A stretch of DNA of 63,635 bases, filler included, from Limisphaerales bacterium (GTDB taxonomy: Bacteria; Verrucomicrobiota; Verrucomicrobiia; Limisphaerales; SIBE01), in NCBI GenBank assembly GCA_044225505.1. It is 3 parts of 3 records of this genome, joined end to end, with 100 filler letters (N's around TTAATTAATTAA, not from the genome) between each part and the next. Parts side by side here need not be neighbours in the genome. Positions count along the whole stretch, not along the records: positions 45,107 to 63,635 come from JBGAIN010000159.1; 2 more parts are not named here. One strand, 5' to 3'. Position 1 is the stretch's first letter, and the number at the start of each line of letters is the position of its first letter. The notes under the pieces are model-generated. The model saw only the letters and a program-made list of their open reading frames with translations. It did no database searches and was not told the origin of the DNA. Made by a program: the position numbers and the translations under genes. Shown here one piece after another: positions 54,901-63,037 of the stretch.

Positions 54901-57320
54901 TTTAGACCTGAGACCTCTGAACTTCCGATGAAGACCTCACAGTGAGCTGCCAGATGACGAAGGCAATCTTTGGATGCCAAATCCTCGGCGACGCCGTGCT
55001 CGAGGTAAACAAACATCCCCTTCCGCAATAGTGGCGGTGTGGAAGCGAGTACATTTTTTTCGCCCCCCCGCTGCAGATGAGTGTCCGGAAGTAGACCAGC
55101 CACGTTCATTGCATCCGTTAGTGCAGTTTCCGAGCAAACAAATTTGAAATCTTCGGTTGGCAGGGAGACCGGTCGCGGTGGATGCCGGTTGCTGATCAGC
55201 GGAAAATGGTCCACGAGCAATCCCCTGTTACCGCGAACCCACTCGAGGATCCCACACCACTCGTCGCCCATTAGATCCTGCAGACGATGACCGGTGATCG
55301 AACTTACTTCCGGATGATACTGCTTTACCTTTCCCCCATCGAGCAGCGCCAGGACGGCTTGCTGGGCGGCGAGCCGATTGGGTTGACGATGCGTGAGTTG
55401 CTCAAGCTCCAGAGTCAATGCAGCTGTTACGTGGTCGGACACTACGATTTCATCGAATATTTGCTCGATCACATCCAGAAAGCCGATCGCGTGGCAGAGA
55501 AAGACACTGGTCACGTCCAAATAGATTGTCTTCTCGCCTGCCGGTATTGCAGCGGGCATCTGGGCGGCCCTGAGTCCGTGCCGGATCAACAGTGGTGGGC
55601 AGAGACGAGGATAATCATGTGCAGAATTGCGAATCGCAGTCTCGACGATCAGGCGCCCAAGGCCTGTTCGGATACGACCCGGGAGAATATGAATCGGCAC
55701 TAAGCCTTTCGAGTAAAGCTCGAGAAGTTTTTCAGTTCCCGCATGGGATTCGCGGATGAACTCAATCATCTCCTCTATCGACAGTGCCTTAATTGGCGCC
55801 TCCCCGGATTGGGCCATGGCCGGGATCTCCTCCAGAAGATCAACGGCTCTTGATTCGACACCGAGTGCGAACGACTGAAGAGCGGCTTGGGTCTTTAGCA
55901 CTGGGTCCTCTCCAATGCTGTTCACTGCTTTCTCCCACAGCTTTGCAGCAAGTGCCGGATCTCTGAGGCGTACGACTGGGGCCACCTGGAGCAGGAAACT
56001 TGCAGGGACATCAGTCAATTCTAGCAGTTTGCGAGCGGTCACTGCACTGCCGATTAGATCCCCTTTCGCCTGCTGCAGCGAAAAAAGACGGCCGATGTTG
56101 GGAAAGTTAGGCTTCTCTAGGACGAGTTTCTCAAGCTCGCCGATCGCCAAGGGAACTCTCCCAAGGCGTCGCAAACACTCCGCCCGCAGCCTACGCAGAT
56201 CAGCCGCCAATTTCCCGCCGGAGCAAAGCCCATCGTGCGTATCCAGCAGGGAAAGCGTCAAATCGAAATTGTTATTATTAAAGCTGCCCTGAACCGCCAA
56301 ACGCAACGCACTCTCCGTTCGGATCTCCACGACCAGCCGCTTCGAATGTTCGGCTATGAACGCCCAGTCAGCAGCCTGAGCCTTTGCCTCACAGCAGCTC
56401 AGCAGGAGAGCCGGTTCTCCCGTCACTGCGAATGCCTGTTCCAGATGAGCCGCTATAGAACGAGGATCCTGAGAGCTTCGCGGGTTCGATCGAACCACGG
56501 CTGATTCCAACGCTACCCTACGGTGAACGTCCGGTTCATCCGCGAGTAGTGCACTTGCTTCCTCGACGCGACCAAGTGCCGCGAGACATTGAATTTTGTG
56601 CGTCCGCCATGCGCAAATTGCGTCCCAACGACTGAAGCTACCTTTAGTCTCCGCTAAAATGGCCTCTGCTGCTCCGAATTGATCACTCGTTCCAAGCGCG
56701 ATGAGCAGGGCCTCTACCTTCTCTCGATCAGTCGTGCCTTTGGCAATGCCTTCGCGCAGTTTTTCTATCGAGGACCTTCGGTTAAACTCGTAGTCCCGTT
56801 CACACGCCCAAACAATGGCGGGAGCGTAATCCGGCGAGTCAGACAGGATCGACTGGGCCAGACTCTGAGCATTCTCTTGATCCAGATCGTTGGCAAGGCA
56901 GGCAAGCTCCCAAACACGTAGTGAATTGCGATCTTGTCTGAGAGCAAGCGCCAGCAGTTCGCGGAACCTTGCCGCGGCCGAAGCGCGTCTCGCTGCGCTT
57001 TCGGGATCACGCTTAACAAAGCTCCAGGGTGGTGGAATCGGCCAGCTGAGGTGACTCCATGCGGGGAAAGCTGTTGAAACCGTGCTGGCATAATCCACAA
57101 TCGCGGCGGTGAGGCGCAGGCCAAAGTGGTTTGGCTTAGACCGGAGCTCTTGCTTAACCAACTCCCGCGCCTCGTCTGGCCTTCTCATCAGCAGCATGGC
57201 CAAGGCTTTCGAGTGCGCGGTCTCTGCCGTCGGAGTAAAGTGCGGCGGTGGCGTAGCAACGCGCGCCAAGACTTCTTCGGGACGCCCAAGTTCAAGCAAA
57301 AGTTGAAGCGTTAATCCCAC
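51957..57320 (-). CDS. Large TPR-like/PIN-like protein (C-terminal part of a split gene)
   Basis: Helical repeats, then IYLDVTSVFL...IFDEIVVS, VYLEHGV and IVCCDDRFL PIN-like motifs. Confidence 0.7.
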   Translation of the reverse strand: MGLTLQLLLELGRPEEVLARVATPPPHFTPTAETAHSKALAMLLMRRPDEARELVKQELRSKPNHFGLRLTAAIVDYASTVSTAFPAWSHLSWPIPPPWSFVKRDPESAARRASAAARFRELLALALRQDRNSLRVWELACLANDLDQENAQSLAQSILSDSPDYAPAIVWACERDYEFNRRSSIEKLREGIAKGTTDREKVEALLIALGTSDQFGAAEAILAETKGSFSRWDAICAWRTHKIQCLAALGRVEEASALLADEPDVHRRVALESAVVRSNPRSSQDPRSIAAHLEQAFAVTGEPALLLSCCEAKAQAADWAFIAEHSKRLVVEIRTESALRLAVQGSFNNNNFDLTLSLLDTHDGLCSGGKLAADLRRLRAECLRRLGRVPLAIGELEKLVLEKPNFPNIGRLFSLQQAKGDLIGSAVTARKLLELTDVPASFLLQVAPVVRLRDPALAAKLWEKAVNSIGEDPVLKTQAALQSFALGVESRAVDLLEEIPAMAQSGEAPIKALSIEEMIEFIRESHAGTEKLLELYSKGLVPIHILPGRIRTGLGRLIVETAIRNSAHDYPRLCPPLLIRHGLRAAQMPAAIPAGEKTIYLDVTSVFLCHAIGFLDVIEQIFDEIVVSDHVTAALTLELEQLTHRQPNRLAAQQAVLALLDGGKVKQYHPEVSSITGHRLQDLMGDEWCGILEWVRGNRGLLVDHFPLISNRHPPRPVSLPTEDFKFVCSETALTDAMNVAGLLPDTHLQRGGEKNVLASTPPLLRKGMFVYLEHGVAEDLASKDCLRHLAAHCEVFIGSSEVSGLKRELESDLANRKLMEQIGDLLDRLSRGQNSGKYRTHFRTRPVPETGAEGVSLEELCLYDTIDFGETVGSIVCCDDRFLQAYQSTGRSPLAGLVDLFAHLRTTGLLSEANYYAWILRLRAANARYLPLTDDEILYHLSRAHIQNHMVEETPALRAVRRATASMLLDCDLLQEAAANSSGEWTLREMALPLAFTRTATEALLALWTGTATLEEAEARADWVLNSLFLDFRVLRQCYKSRQGAETDLHSLGLTLGLFYSQGLRFSGPRESRTERRQRFFRWITERLLNPLSAKMPALARIAAGFFADTLRSADQWIQDARSRHGEKSSEEMGIRLLVGELILDLPDKIRAALELPDERFQEYGISVQRSGIEMAGMSFNDDKFWAAVARAAKDGGATLESIDGKGKLRFSRGSTSTTLRILKHGLTEIEMLPLFDKHVDEKARLLRAHPEWFDLNAAEREAAIDRIIRTTQPIVRVKLLEEYQSESMANYYAGLRSAFERKRMISISELVPKSIESLPRFLRLRTGSSETNSIRDSTAADLLRSEGLQETIRRLSCLPTALPMLVEKQFDSQDSATAAALLGELASEMTSFVQRLHLGRLWLRSSSKLEVTERVREFVSYLCDPKRGGAEAAEFSAILRWASMQLGWRPDFCSWPMAVRLATLWSHAGQLQSILPHGTSADMTAWFSDNSQELEADVGVHRSWPRDICHPRNVDPGDLLVRGMGFLFEGTTEAVIMGSGVREALSTTLVSETKIGSLPFLKPVTRYSNGLNSFLAVPRENFLPRLLGPDAIAMCSSLEQFCDLQSAIGRLARDPGDASLWGLVEFLGGSGTFSTGGREILSRTLSTLALAREFTTNAKLPELIMATCQVAAQLGETTVKAKLRSELIALAKLGASPKVELAPSQPIDSTRIGAALIDGAWRLNADSSDSSERVSAFLKDVVALLRSWPALASICSSPVTTAITQLPIECQTEWLPVQLELRALA

Positions 57321-58237
57321 TCTTCCACGGTGCCCGGCACGGAAAGGAATTCGAGTGCAGCCTCCAACGTCGTAGAGTGCTTGAGAATCAAAGCTTCGAG
57401 CGCGCGTGTGTTTGCGGAAGGACAGAGTGCCTTCGCTGTCTCTAGCAGCTGCTGGGCAGTCGAAACATCGTCCAAGACATTCAGCGTGAGACTTGCCCGA
57501 ATTCGCACCGCTTTCGCACGGATGATATCGGGCATGTCCTGCCAGGCCGCCGTCAGTTGCAGCGCGACAACCCGTTCGAGGGCTTCAACTCCCTTTCCTT
57601 CTGCGGCCAACTCGCGGACCCGGTCAAGATCTCTATTCCGCTCCTCGGCCAGCTCCGTCATGAGTAATCCTTGGCGTCGGATGACCGACCCCAGTCCCGC
57701 TATTGTCGCAGAGTCGGCCTGTTTACCTTGTGGACCGCAGATCTCGTTAACCCAGAATTCACTTTGGGTATGAGCCCAAACTACCTCGCGGTGTGGGCGA
57801 AGCTGGCGCTGCAACTTCCGCGCATCCCAAGCCTCGTATGCGATCCCGAGTTGCTCAAAGCGTTCAATCTCGATAAGAACCTGGTCCTGAACTTTCGTAT
57901 CATCCGTCGGGCATGCCGCGAACGGTATAAAGCGCTTCAGGCGCCTCTCCTTCCAATGGTCTAGGTGTTTGAGGAATTCGTCCGACGCCTCCTGGACCTT
58001 TGATGCAGTGACGTCACCTTCCCAGCATTTGCATTGGCCAACGTCAATCCCGGAGCCATCTGCAAAAATCGCGAGGATATCAATACCCTTTTGAGCTTGG
58101 CCGTTCCTACCGTAGACCTGGCTATCCGAATACTTCGTATCTTGGTCCAGAAGCTCGGCGCATAGCGCCTGGAACTTGAACACTCCAAGTTCGTAGAACC
58201 TTGGCGGCACACTGGAATTCAGCCCAGGTGAAATCAT
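57311..58237 (-). CDS. PD-(D/E)XK restriction-endonuclease-like domain protein (N-terminal part of a split gene)
   Basis: FQALCAELL...YGRNGQAQKGIDI...GQCK; ATG at 58237. Confidence 0.7.
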   Translation of the reverse strand: MISPGLNSSVPPRFYELGVFKFQALCAELLDQDTKYSDSQVYGRNGQAQKGIDILAIFADGSGIDVGQCKCWEGDVTASKVQEASDEFLKHLDHWKERRLKRFIPFAACPTDDTKVQDQVLIEIERFEQLGIAYEAWDARKLQRQLRPHREVVWAHTQSEFWVNEICGPQGKQADSATIAGLGSVIRRQGLLMTELAEERNRDLDRVRELAAEGKGVEALERVVALQLTAAWQDMPDIIRAKAVRIRASLTLNVLDDVSTAQQLLETAKALCPSANTRALEALILKHSTTLEAALEFLSVPGTVEEWD

Positions 58238-58597
58238 GTATCGAGGGCGGCCTTTGGTAATCGGAGGCAAACCCTCTCCGCTGCAACGCTGACGAACAAA
58301 ACAACAGCACGGGAAATCCTCATGACCCTTTCGTCTGATTTCGTCTGAGCACGGCGACACGTTAGCGAATTGCGGGGTAGAATGGAAGCTTGTTGGGTGC
58401 TCAGCGGCTTTTGAATTACTGCCGACCATCGCGTAGTTGGAACCACGTCGTTAACCTGACTGGTCGGACGGCAACACGGCTGGAGCGTGTTGCGGATGCC
58501 GAGAGCTTCGTTGCAGGCTTCAAACGGGCTGAGAGAACCTATTGGCAAGCAAACTGACCGCGAAGCAGGGCTCGCGTCAGGTGGGCCGCCGAGCTTC

Positions 58598-58906
58598 TCA
58601 CGATTGAACTTCTTCCGCGAGGTCACCTTCGGAGCGCTGCTTTTCAGTTTCCGCGCGTGAGCGGAGCGAGGCCAGTTTGTTGGTGTCGCCAAACCAGGTG
58701 ACAGCACCGCAGCGGGTGCACATCCGTGCCGTCGTTTCCACGTTGTTGTCCTTCAAAGTCCAGAATTTCGTCTTCTTCGGAACGAAGTAGACCAAGCCGG
58801 CTCCACGGACTTTGCCTTCGACCAACTCGTCGTGGTGGCAGATTGACGCGGTTAATGCGACATCGTTTGCGAGGGGTCGCGTAGCCATCACTTCGACCAC
58901 CCTCAA
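58598..58906 (-). CDS. Small hypothetical zinc-ribbon-like protein
   Basis: ARMCTRCG; lies directly after rtcB; start uncertain. Confidence 0.45.
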   Translation of the reverse strand: MRVVEVMATRPLANDVALTASICHHDELVEGKVRGAGLVYFVPKKTKFWTLKDNNVETTARMCTRCGAVTWFGDTNKLASLRSRAETEKQRSEGDLAEEVQS

Positions 58907-58922
58907 ATCCTTCCCGCGAGAA

Positions 58923-60434
58923 TCACGCTGCGCCCTTTAGACTGTCGTCCGAGTCCTTGATGACGAAGCGGGCGCGGAGGCGTGCAACTTCGCTGGCAAG
59001 GCCGGCGAGCCGCACGGAATTCAACACTTCGTTGAAATCCTTATAGGCCGCTGGTGCTTCGTCCTTCGGATAGGTGCGACAGTTGGTCAAGATGTCGTGT
59101 GCCGCAAACTCATCATCCACCGTCTTTTGATCGAGTTCGCGGATGGCGGCTTTGCGACCCTTGGCCCGGCCCGCACCATGGTTCACGCTGTAGCAACTTT
59201 TGTCTGCACCCGGATCCGCGACCATGACGCAGGATCCGGCAGTTGGGTTACCGGGCAATAAGATCGGATGGCCAGTTTCGTAGAATGGCGTGTTCTTCAG
59301 CGCGAAGTGCTTCGCCGGGAAAGCACGGGTCGCACCTTTGCGATGCACCCAGCATTCCTGGTTATTCACGATTTCGCGGCGCGCGATGTTGTGGCTAATG
59401 AAATACACAAGCTTGCCGCGGGTGCCAGGAATGATTTCCTGGAACGCTTCGAGCACAAGCACGTTGATGAGCATGTGGTTCACGGTCGCGAAGTTCGCGC
59501 CGAGCGACATGTCGTCGATGTAGTTGTCGGCCTCCGGAGTTCCGAGTGGGGCATAGACCAATTCGCGATCGTTGCCAGGCAAGGGAATGCTCCATGCGGC
59601 AAACTTCTCCTGCAAGGCGCGGAACTGGTCATTGGCCAGCGCATAGCCAAAGCCGCGCGAACCGCAGTGAGAGAGAAACGCGGTGCAGCCATCGCGCAGA
59701 CCGAAAACCTCGGCAGCGCGGCGAGCACGGTCGTTATCCGCTATCTGGACGGCTTCGCATTCGCCAAAATGATTGCCACCACCGTACGAGCCAAGCTGGC
59801 GAATCTTCTCCTCGAACTTCGGAAACCTGCCGGCGCTGATCAGCACGTCAAGCCGGGCGGCGAGATCGTCGCGCTGCCCGCTGTGGCCAAGATGGAAAGC
59901 GTCTTCGCAGTGCTCCGCCCATTCGGGTGGGATGCCAAGTTCAAGACATACACCTTCCGATGCGCCTTCAATCGCCACCCGGCGACCGAGTTCAGCGTTC
60001 ACGTTGCGGCCCTTCTTTACATTGCGCTGGCCTTTTCCCGCGCCAGTCGGCGTCCGTTCCACGATGGCATTGATGAGCGCGCGGCGAACGGTTTTGTCCG
60101 CCACGGCATCCACGGGGAGATCGAGTTGGAGCAGGCTCATGGAGCATTTGATGTCCACGCCGACCGGCCCGGGATAAATGTGCGTCGGCGAAACCAGCAC
60201 ACAACCCACAGGTGCACCGTAGCCAGCGTGCGCATCAGGATTGAGCACGAGATCGGTCACGCCAGGTGCGCCGCGCGAGTTCAAAGCTTGTTCGATGCAC
60301 TTGGCATCAAAGGCATCGCGGATCGCTGCCGTGCCGATGACGGTGATGGGTTTGCCCTTATCGCCCGGGGCGGGGATGAAGCCGGTGGCTTCGCCCGTGG
60401 GCTGGATGACCGGCGGCGTTGCTTCTGCATTCAT
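58923..60434 (-). CDS. rtcB: RtcB RNA ligase
   Basis: PDAHAGYGAPVG, GVDIKC, GGGNHF, HCGSRG, HRKGAT, HGAGR and DEAPAAYK. Confidence 0.93.
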   Translation of the reverse strand: MNAEATPPVIQPTGEATGFIPAPGDKGKPITVIGTAAIRDAFDAKCIEQALNSRGAPGVTDLVLNPDAHAGYGAPVGCVLVSPTHIYPGPVGVDIKCSMSLLQLDLPVDAVADKTVRRALINAIVERTPTGAGKGQRNVKKGRNVNAELGRRVAIEGASEGVCLELGIPPEWAEHCEDAFHLGHSGQRDDLAARLDVLISAGRFPKFEEKIRQLGSYGGGNHFGECEAVQIADNDRARRAAEVFGLRDGCTAFLSHCGSRGFGYALANDQFRALQEKFAAWSIPLPGNDRELVYAPLGTPEADNYIDDMSLGANFATVNHMLINVLVLEAFQEIIPGTRGKLVYFISHNIARREIVNNQECWVHRKGATRAFPAKHFALKNTPFYETGHPILLPGNPTAGSCVMVADPGADKSCYSVNHGAGRAKGRKAAIRELDQKTVDDEFAAHDILTNCRTYPKDEAPAAYKDFNEVLNSVRLAGLASEVARLRARFVIKDSDDSLKGAA

Positions 60435-60468
60435 AATGCTGCTTTCCGAATTGTTTCCCAAATAGACA

Positions 60469-60579
60469 GCGCGACAAGTTTTTGTCGAAACAATCGCTCT
60501 ACCACTGAGCTACGGCCTCATTCATTGAGACCGACGGGAGTCGAACCCGCGACCGATGTAGTTCCAACCGCATTCGCGC
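60469..60579 (-). ncRNA. Y-RNA-like unit F (YrlA-like: T arm, closed acceptor stem, D arm)
   Basis: GCGCGAATGC..GGAACTACAT-[GCGGGTTCGACTCCCGT, acceptor hairpin, TAGCTCAGTGGTAGAGC]-TTGTCGCGC. Confidence 0.8.
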
Positions 60580-60611
60580 CGAAATCATTTAACCGACGAC
60601 CAACTAAAAAG

Positions 60612-60742
60612 CGCGACGACAAGGTTTGGAGAAACATTTCCGCTGCTCTATCCACTGAGCTACTCCAACCTTTAGAAGGTCGGAGGCCGGATTTGAACCG
60701 GCGACCGTCGGATTACATGTAGTTACTCCGGCATTCGTCGCG
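60612..60742 (-). ncRNA. Y-RNA-like unit E (tRNA permuted in the anticodon loop)
   Basis: Same clamp; GCCGGTTCAAATCCGGC T arm, 10-bp acceptor hairpin, D arm and CGGA/TCCG anticodon stem. Confidence 0.8.
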
Positions 60743-60748
60743 AAAGAC

Positions 60749-60881
60749 TGTGACGACAAAATTGATGAAACGTATTAACGCGCTCTACCGCTGAGCTACG
60801 ATCCCATCTGGTGGAATCGGTGGGACTCGAACCCACGACCTCGTCCTCTTTAAGGATGTAGTTCCATCGGCATTCGTCACA
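60749..60881 (-). ncRNA. Y-RNA-like unit D (complete permuted tRNA with ACCA)
   Basis: Same clamp; anticodon loop, variable loop, T arm, CGATTCC-ACCA-gat-GGGATCG and D arm. Confidence 0.82.
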
Positions 60882-60892
60882 AAATCCCGAAA

Positions 60893-60993
60893 ATGGCGAC
60901 AAGGGTTGACGCGAATTCTCAACCAGCCTTGCAGCTGATCGGGCGGAATTTGAATCCGCTGGTTGCCAATGTATTCCCGTCTGCATTCGCCAT
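60893..60993 (-). ncRNA. Y-RNA-like unit C (T arm and acceptor hairpin only)
   Basis: ATGGCGAATGC...GCGGATTCAAATTCCGC...TTGTCGCCAT. Confidence 0.72.
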
Positions 60994-61005
60994 AACATTT
61001 CAAGA

Positions 61006-61136
61006 AGCAGCGCGACAAATAGGTGCAGGACAGTTTTTCTGAGCTATTCCGTTTGCACGGAACCGGGATACGAACCCGGGGCCTCCCGGCTAGGTCGGGC
61101 GCTCTACCATGTAGTCCTGCGGGCATTCCCGCCGCT
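61006..61136 (-). ncRNA. Y-RNA-like unit B (tRNA permuted in the D loop)
   Basis: The insert starts GGTAGAGC and ends TAGCTCAG, with anticodon-like, T and acceptor arms in between. Confidence 0.78.
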
Positions 61137-61170
61137 CCAAATCTCTCAAAGATCCATCACTGTCGAAACA

Positions 61171-61230
61171 GGCCGACAAATTTGTGCCGAGACTTTACAG
61201 TTGGGATGTAGTCCCAGGCGGCATTCGGCC
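61171..61230 (-). ncRNA. Y-RNA-like unit A (clamp only, 60 nt)
   Basis: GGCCGAATGCCG..GGGACTACAT...TTGTCGGCC with no tRNA module. Confidence 0.68.
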
Positions 61231-61299
61231 CGCAAAATCATTTTCCGCTCAGACCGGCCACGCCCGAATGGACGTGGCCGGGCACACTTCCCTGATCGC

Positions 61300-62853
61300 T
61301 CACAATGGGAGCGATTCAATCTCACCAACCCAGTGATCGGCGCCGAGCCGGCTCTCGGCGAACGCCGCGACGACCTGGAACACCTGGTCGGAAAATCCGC
61401 CAATGTTCAAAACGTCCTCGCGTTCCGCGGCTTGCACGGTGGCGTACGGCTGGATGTCGATGCAGACCAACCGTGCCTGCGGATTGAACCGCTTGAACAC
61501 GGACCACTGCCGCATCGTTTCCGTCCCGCGACCACCCTTGGCGTCCACCCACGACTCGTTGTCGGAAACGAACACCACCAAGTCGCCTTTCGCCTGCTTC
61601 TGGTTCAACCATGCGAGCGGCGCACTACAGTTGGTTCCGCCCCCGCCGATCGCAGCCAGCTTTTGCGCATTGGTCATCACACTGTCTCGACTGTTCAACG
61701 CTACGCTCACCACGTCCGACTCAAACGGAATCACTTCCGCCTGCGGGTTCTGGCGCAAGATGGAAGCCGCGACCAAGGCCGCCACATCTATGCACCGCAC
61801 GGCGGTCGTCGCACCAGCGCGTTGCCCCGTCACGGCCGTGCTCATCGAACCGGACACGTCCGGGCAGACATACACCTTGCCGGCGATTCGCGGCACGTTC
61901 GCCGTCGCCACTTCCATGGCGTCCTGGAGGGCATCGCGAATCAAGTTCGGCACATCGCCACCCGCCGCCTTGAACGCCATCAACAACTGATACGGAAACA
62001 CCCGGGCGCGCTTCACGGCGTCCGCGCTGGCAAGCCGGTTGGCGATTAATTTCACCATCGCCTCGTTCTCGAACACTCCATGCCGGGCAAAGGTGTTCAA
62101 GTTCATGCGCGTCATCTGCCAGGGCGCATTCTTGGCAATCGCAGTCCACTCGGCCTTTCCGAGATCCAACGCCGTTAACATCTGGAACGCGACATCCGGA
62201 ACGACATCGCGCTGGCCAGCCTTGAACGCCTCAAACTGTTTCACGATCTCCGGTAACGATTCCGCCTGGTGCGGACGACCGAGCAAATAGCCGTAAAGCG
62301 CTTCGCGGGTCGGGTTCCCCGGCTTCGGATGAACCATCTTCACGAGGTCTGCCAAGGAAGGTGCATTTCCCACCGACGCCCGGAACAACTGTTCATCCGT
62401 CCGGGATTCGAGCCAGCGCTGCACGAGTTTCTTGGAGACCGTGCCGAGGGACTTGCGGCCCACGACACCTGAACGCAACACCTGCACGAAGTTGCGGAGC
62501 ATCTTGCCGTCGTCGAGCACCCGGTCGAACACGGTACGGAGCAGTTGCGTATCCTTCACCGACAAAGCCGCGCACAACACCGCTGGCATATCCTTCATGA
62601 AACCCTTCTCCCGGGAATACACAGCGGTCTTGGCGATGAAGTCGGCATCCACCTCCTTGGCCAAGCTCAACACCTTCTGGAGTTGATCATCCGCCGAGGC
62701 GTAGAAAGTTGAGTTTAAGCAACCGGTCGCTGCATACTGGGCGAGCGCGTGCTTGGACGACAACGCGTAAGCCGGTCCACCGGCCTCGTTGGTGGTATCA
62801 GCCTTCGGGACCGACGCTCCCCGCAAGGATTGGAACAAAGTCTTGTTTGCCAT
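61300..62853 (-). CDS. rsr: Ro60/Rsr TROVE-vWA RNA-binding protein
   Basis: NEAGGPAY, WQMTRMNLNTFARHG, RVFPYQL, MIDAS motif DVSGSM and VSDNESW. Confidence 0.92.
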   Translation of the reverse strand: MANKTLFQSLRGASVPKADTTNEAGGPAYALSSKHALAQYAATGCLNSTFYASADDQLQKVLSLAKEVDADFIAKTAVYSREKGFMKDMPAVLCAALSVKDTQLLRTVFDRVLDDGKMLRNFVQVLRSGVVGRKSLGTVSKKLVQRWLESRTDEQLFRASVGNAPSLADLVKMVHPKPGNPTREALYGYLLGRPHQAESLPEIVKQFEAFKAGQRDVVPDVAFQMLTALDLGKAEWTAIAKNAPWQMTRMNLNTFARHGVFENEAMVKLIANRLASADAVKRARVFPYQLLMAFKAAGGDVPNLIRDALQDAMEVATANVPRIAGKVYVCPDVSGSMSTAVTGQRAGATTAVRCIDVAALVAASILRQNPQAEVIPFESDVVSVALNSRDSVMTNAQKLAAIGGGGTNCSAPLAWLNQKQAKGDLVVFVSDNESWVDAKGGRGTETMRQWSVFKRFNPQARLVCIDIQPYATVQAAEREDVLNIGGFSDQVFQVVAAFAESRLGADHWVGEIESLPL

Positions 62854-62886
62854 AATCGTCTCTTTCGTTCTGCTGCCATCTCCTAT

Positions 62887-62902
62887 TGCAGCCGCTGTGC
62901 CA
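62887..62902 (-). promoter_or_regulatory. Sigma54 -24/-12 promoter of the Ro60-Y RNA-rtcB operon
   Basis: TGGCAC-AGCGG-CTGCA, 33 nt upstream of the ATG and divergent from rtcR. Confidence 0.8.
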
Positions 62903-63037
62903 GGCTGAAAATGGCAGGGAATGACTCGCATAAAACGCAATGGATACAGGCCAACGCTCGCGATTCTAAGGTTCAGAGTGATTCAGTTTGCCAAGCACTG
63001 GGACTAGCGGATAGGCTAAATCACAGGAATAACCGCT

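Noticed and set aside
57305..57325. Programmed -1 frameshift joining the nuclease and TPR-PIN ORFs
   Set aside because: There is no canonical X XXY YYZ slippery heptamer; mutation, sequencing error or a genuine split is more likely.
59268..60722. 484-aa plus-strand ORF and similar long antisense ORFs (e.g. 20528-21856, 28974-30173, 42615-43703)
   Set aside because: These are shadow frames of high-GC genes with no recognisable motifs.
60723..61126. Short ORFs within the RNA array
   Set aside because: They have no protein features, and RNA structure explains the sequence.
60469..61230. Ordinary tRNA gene cluster or CRISPR array
   Set aside because: The T arm precedes the D arm and the acceptor stems are closed loops, so these are not standard tRNA genes. 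The repeats are paired clamps around structured inserts and no cas genes are present.
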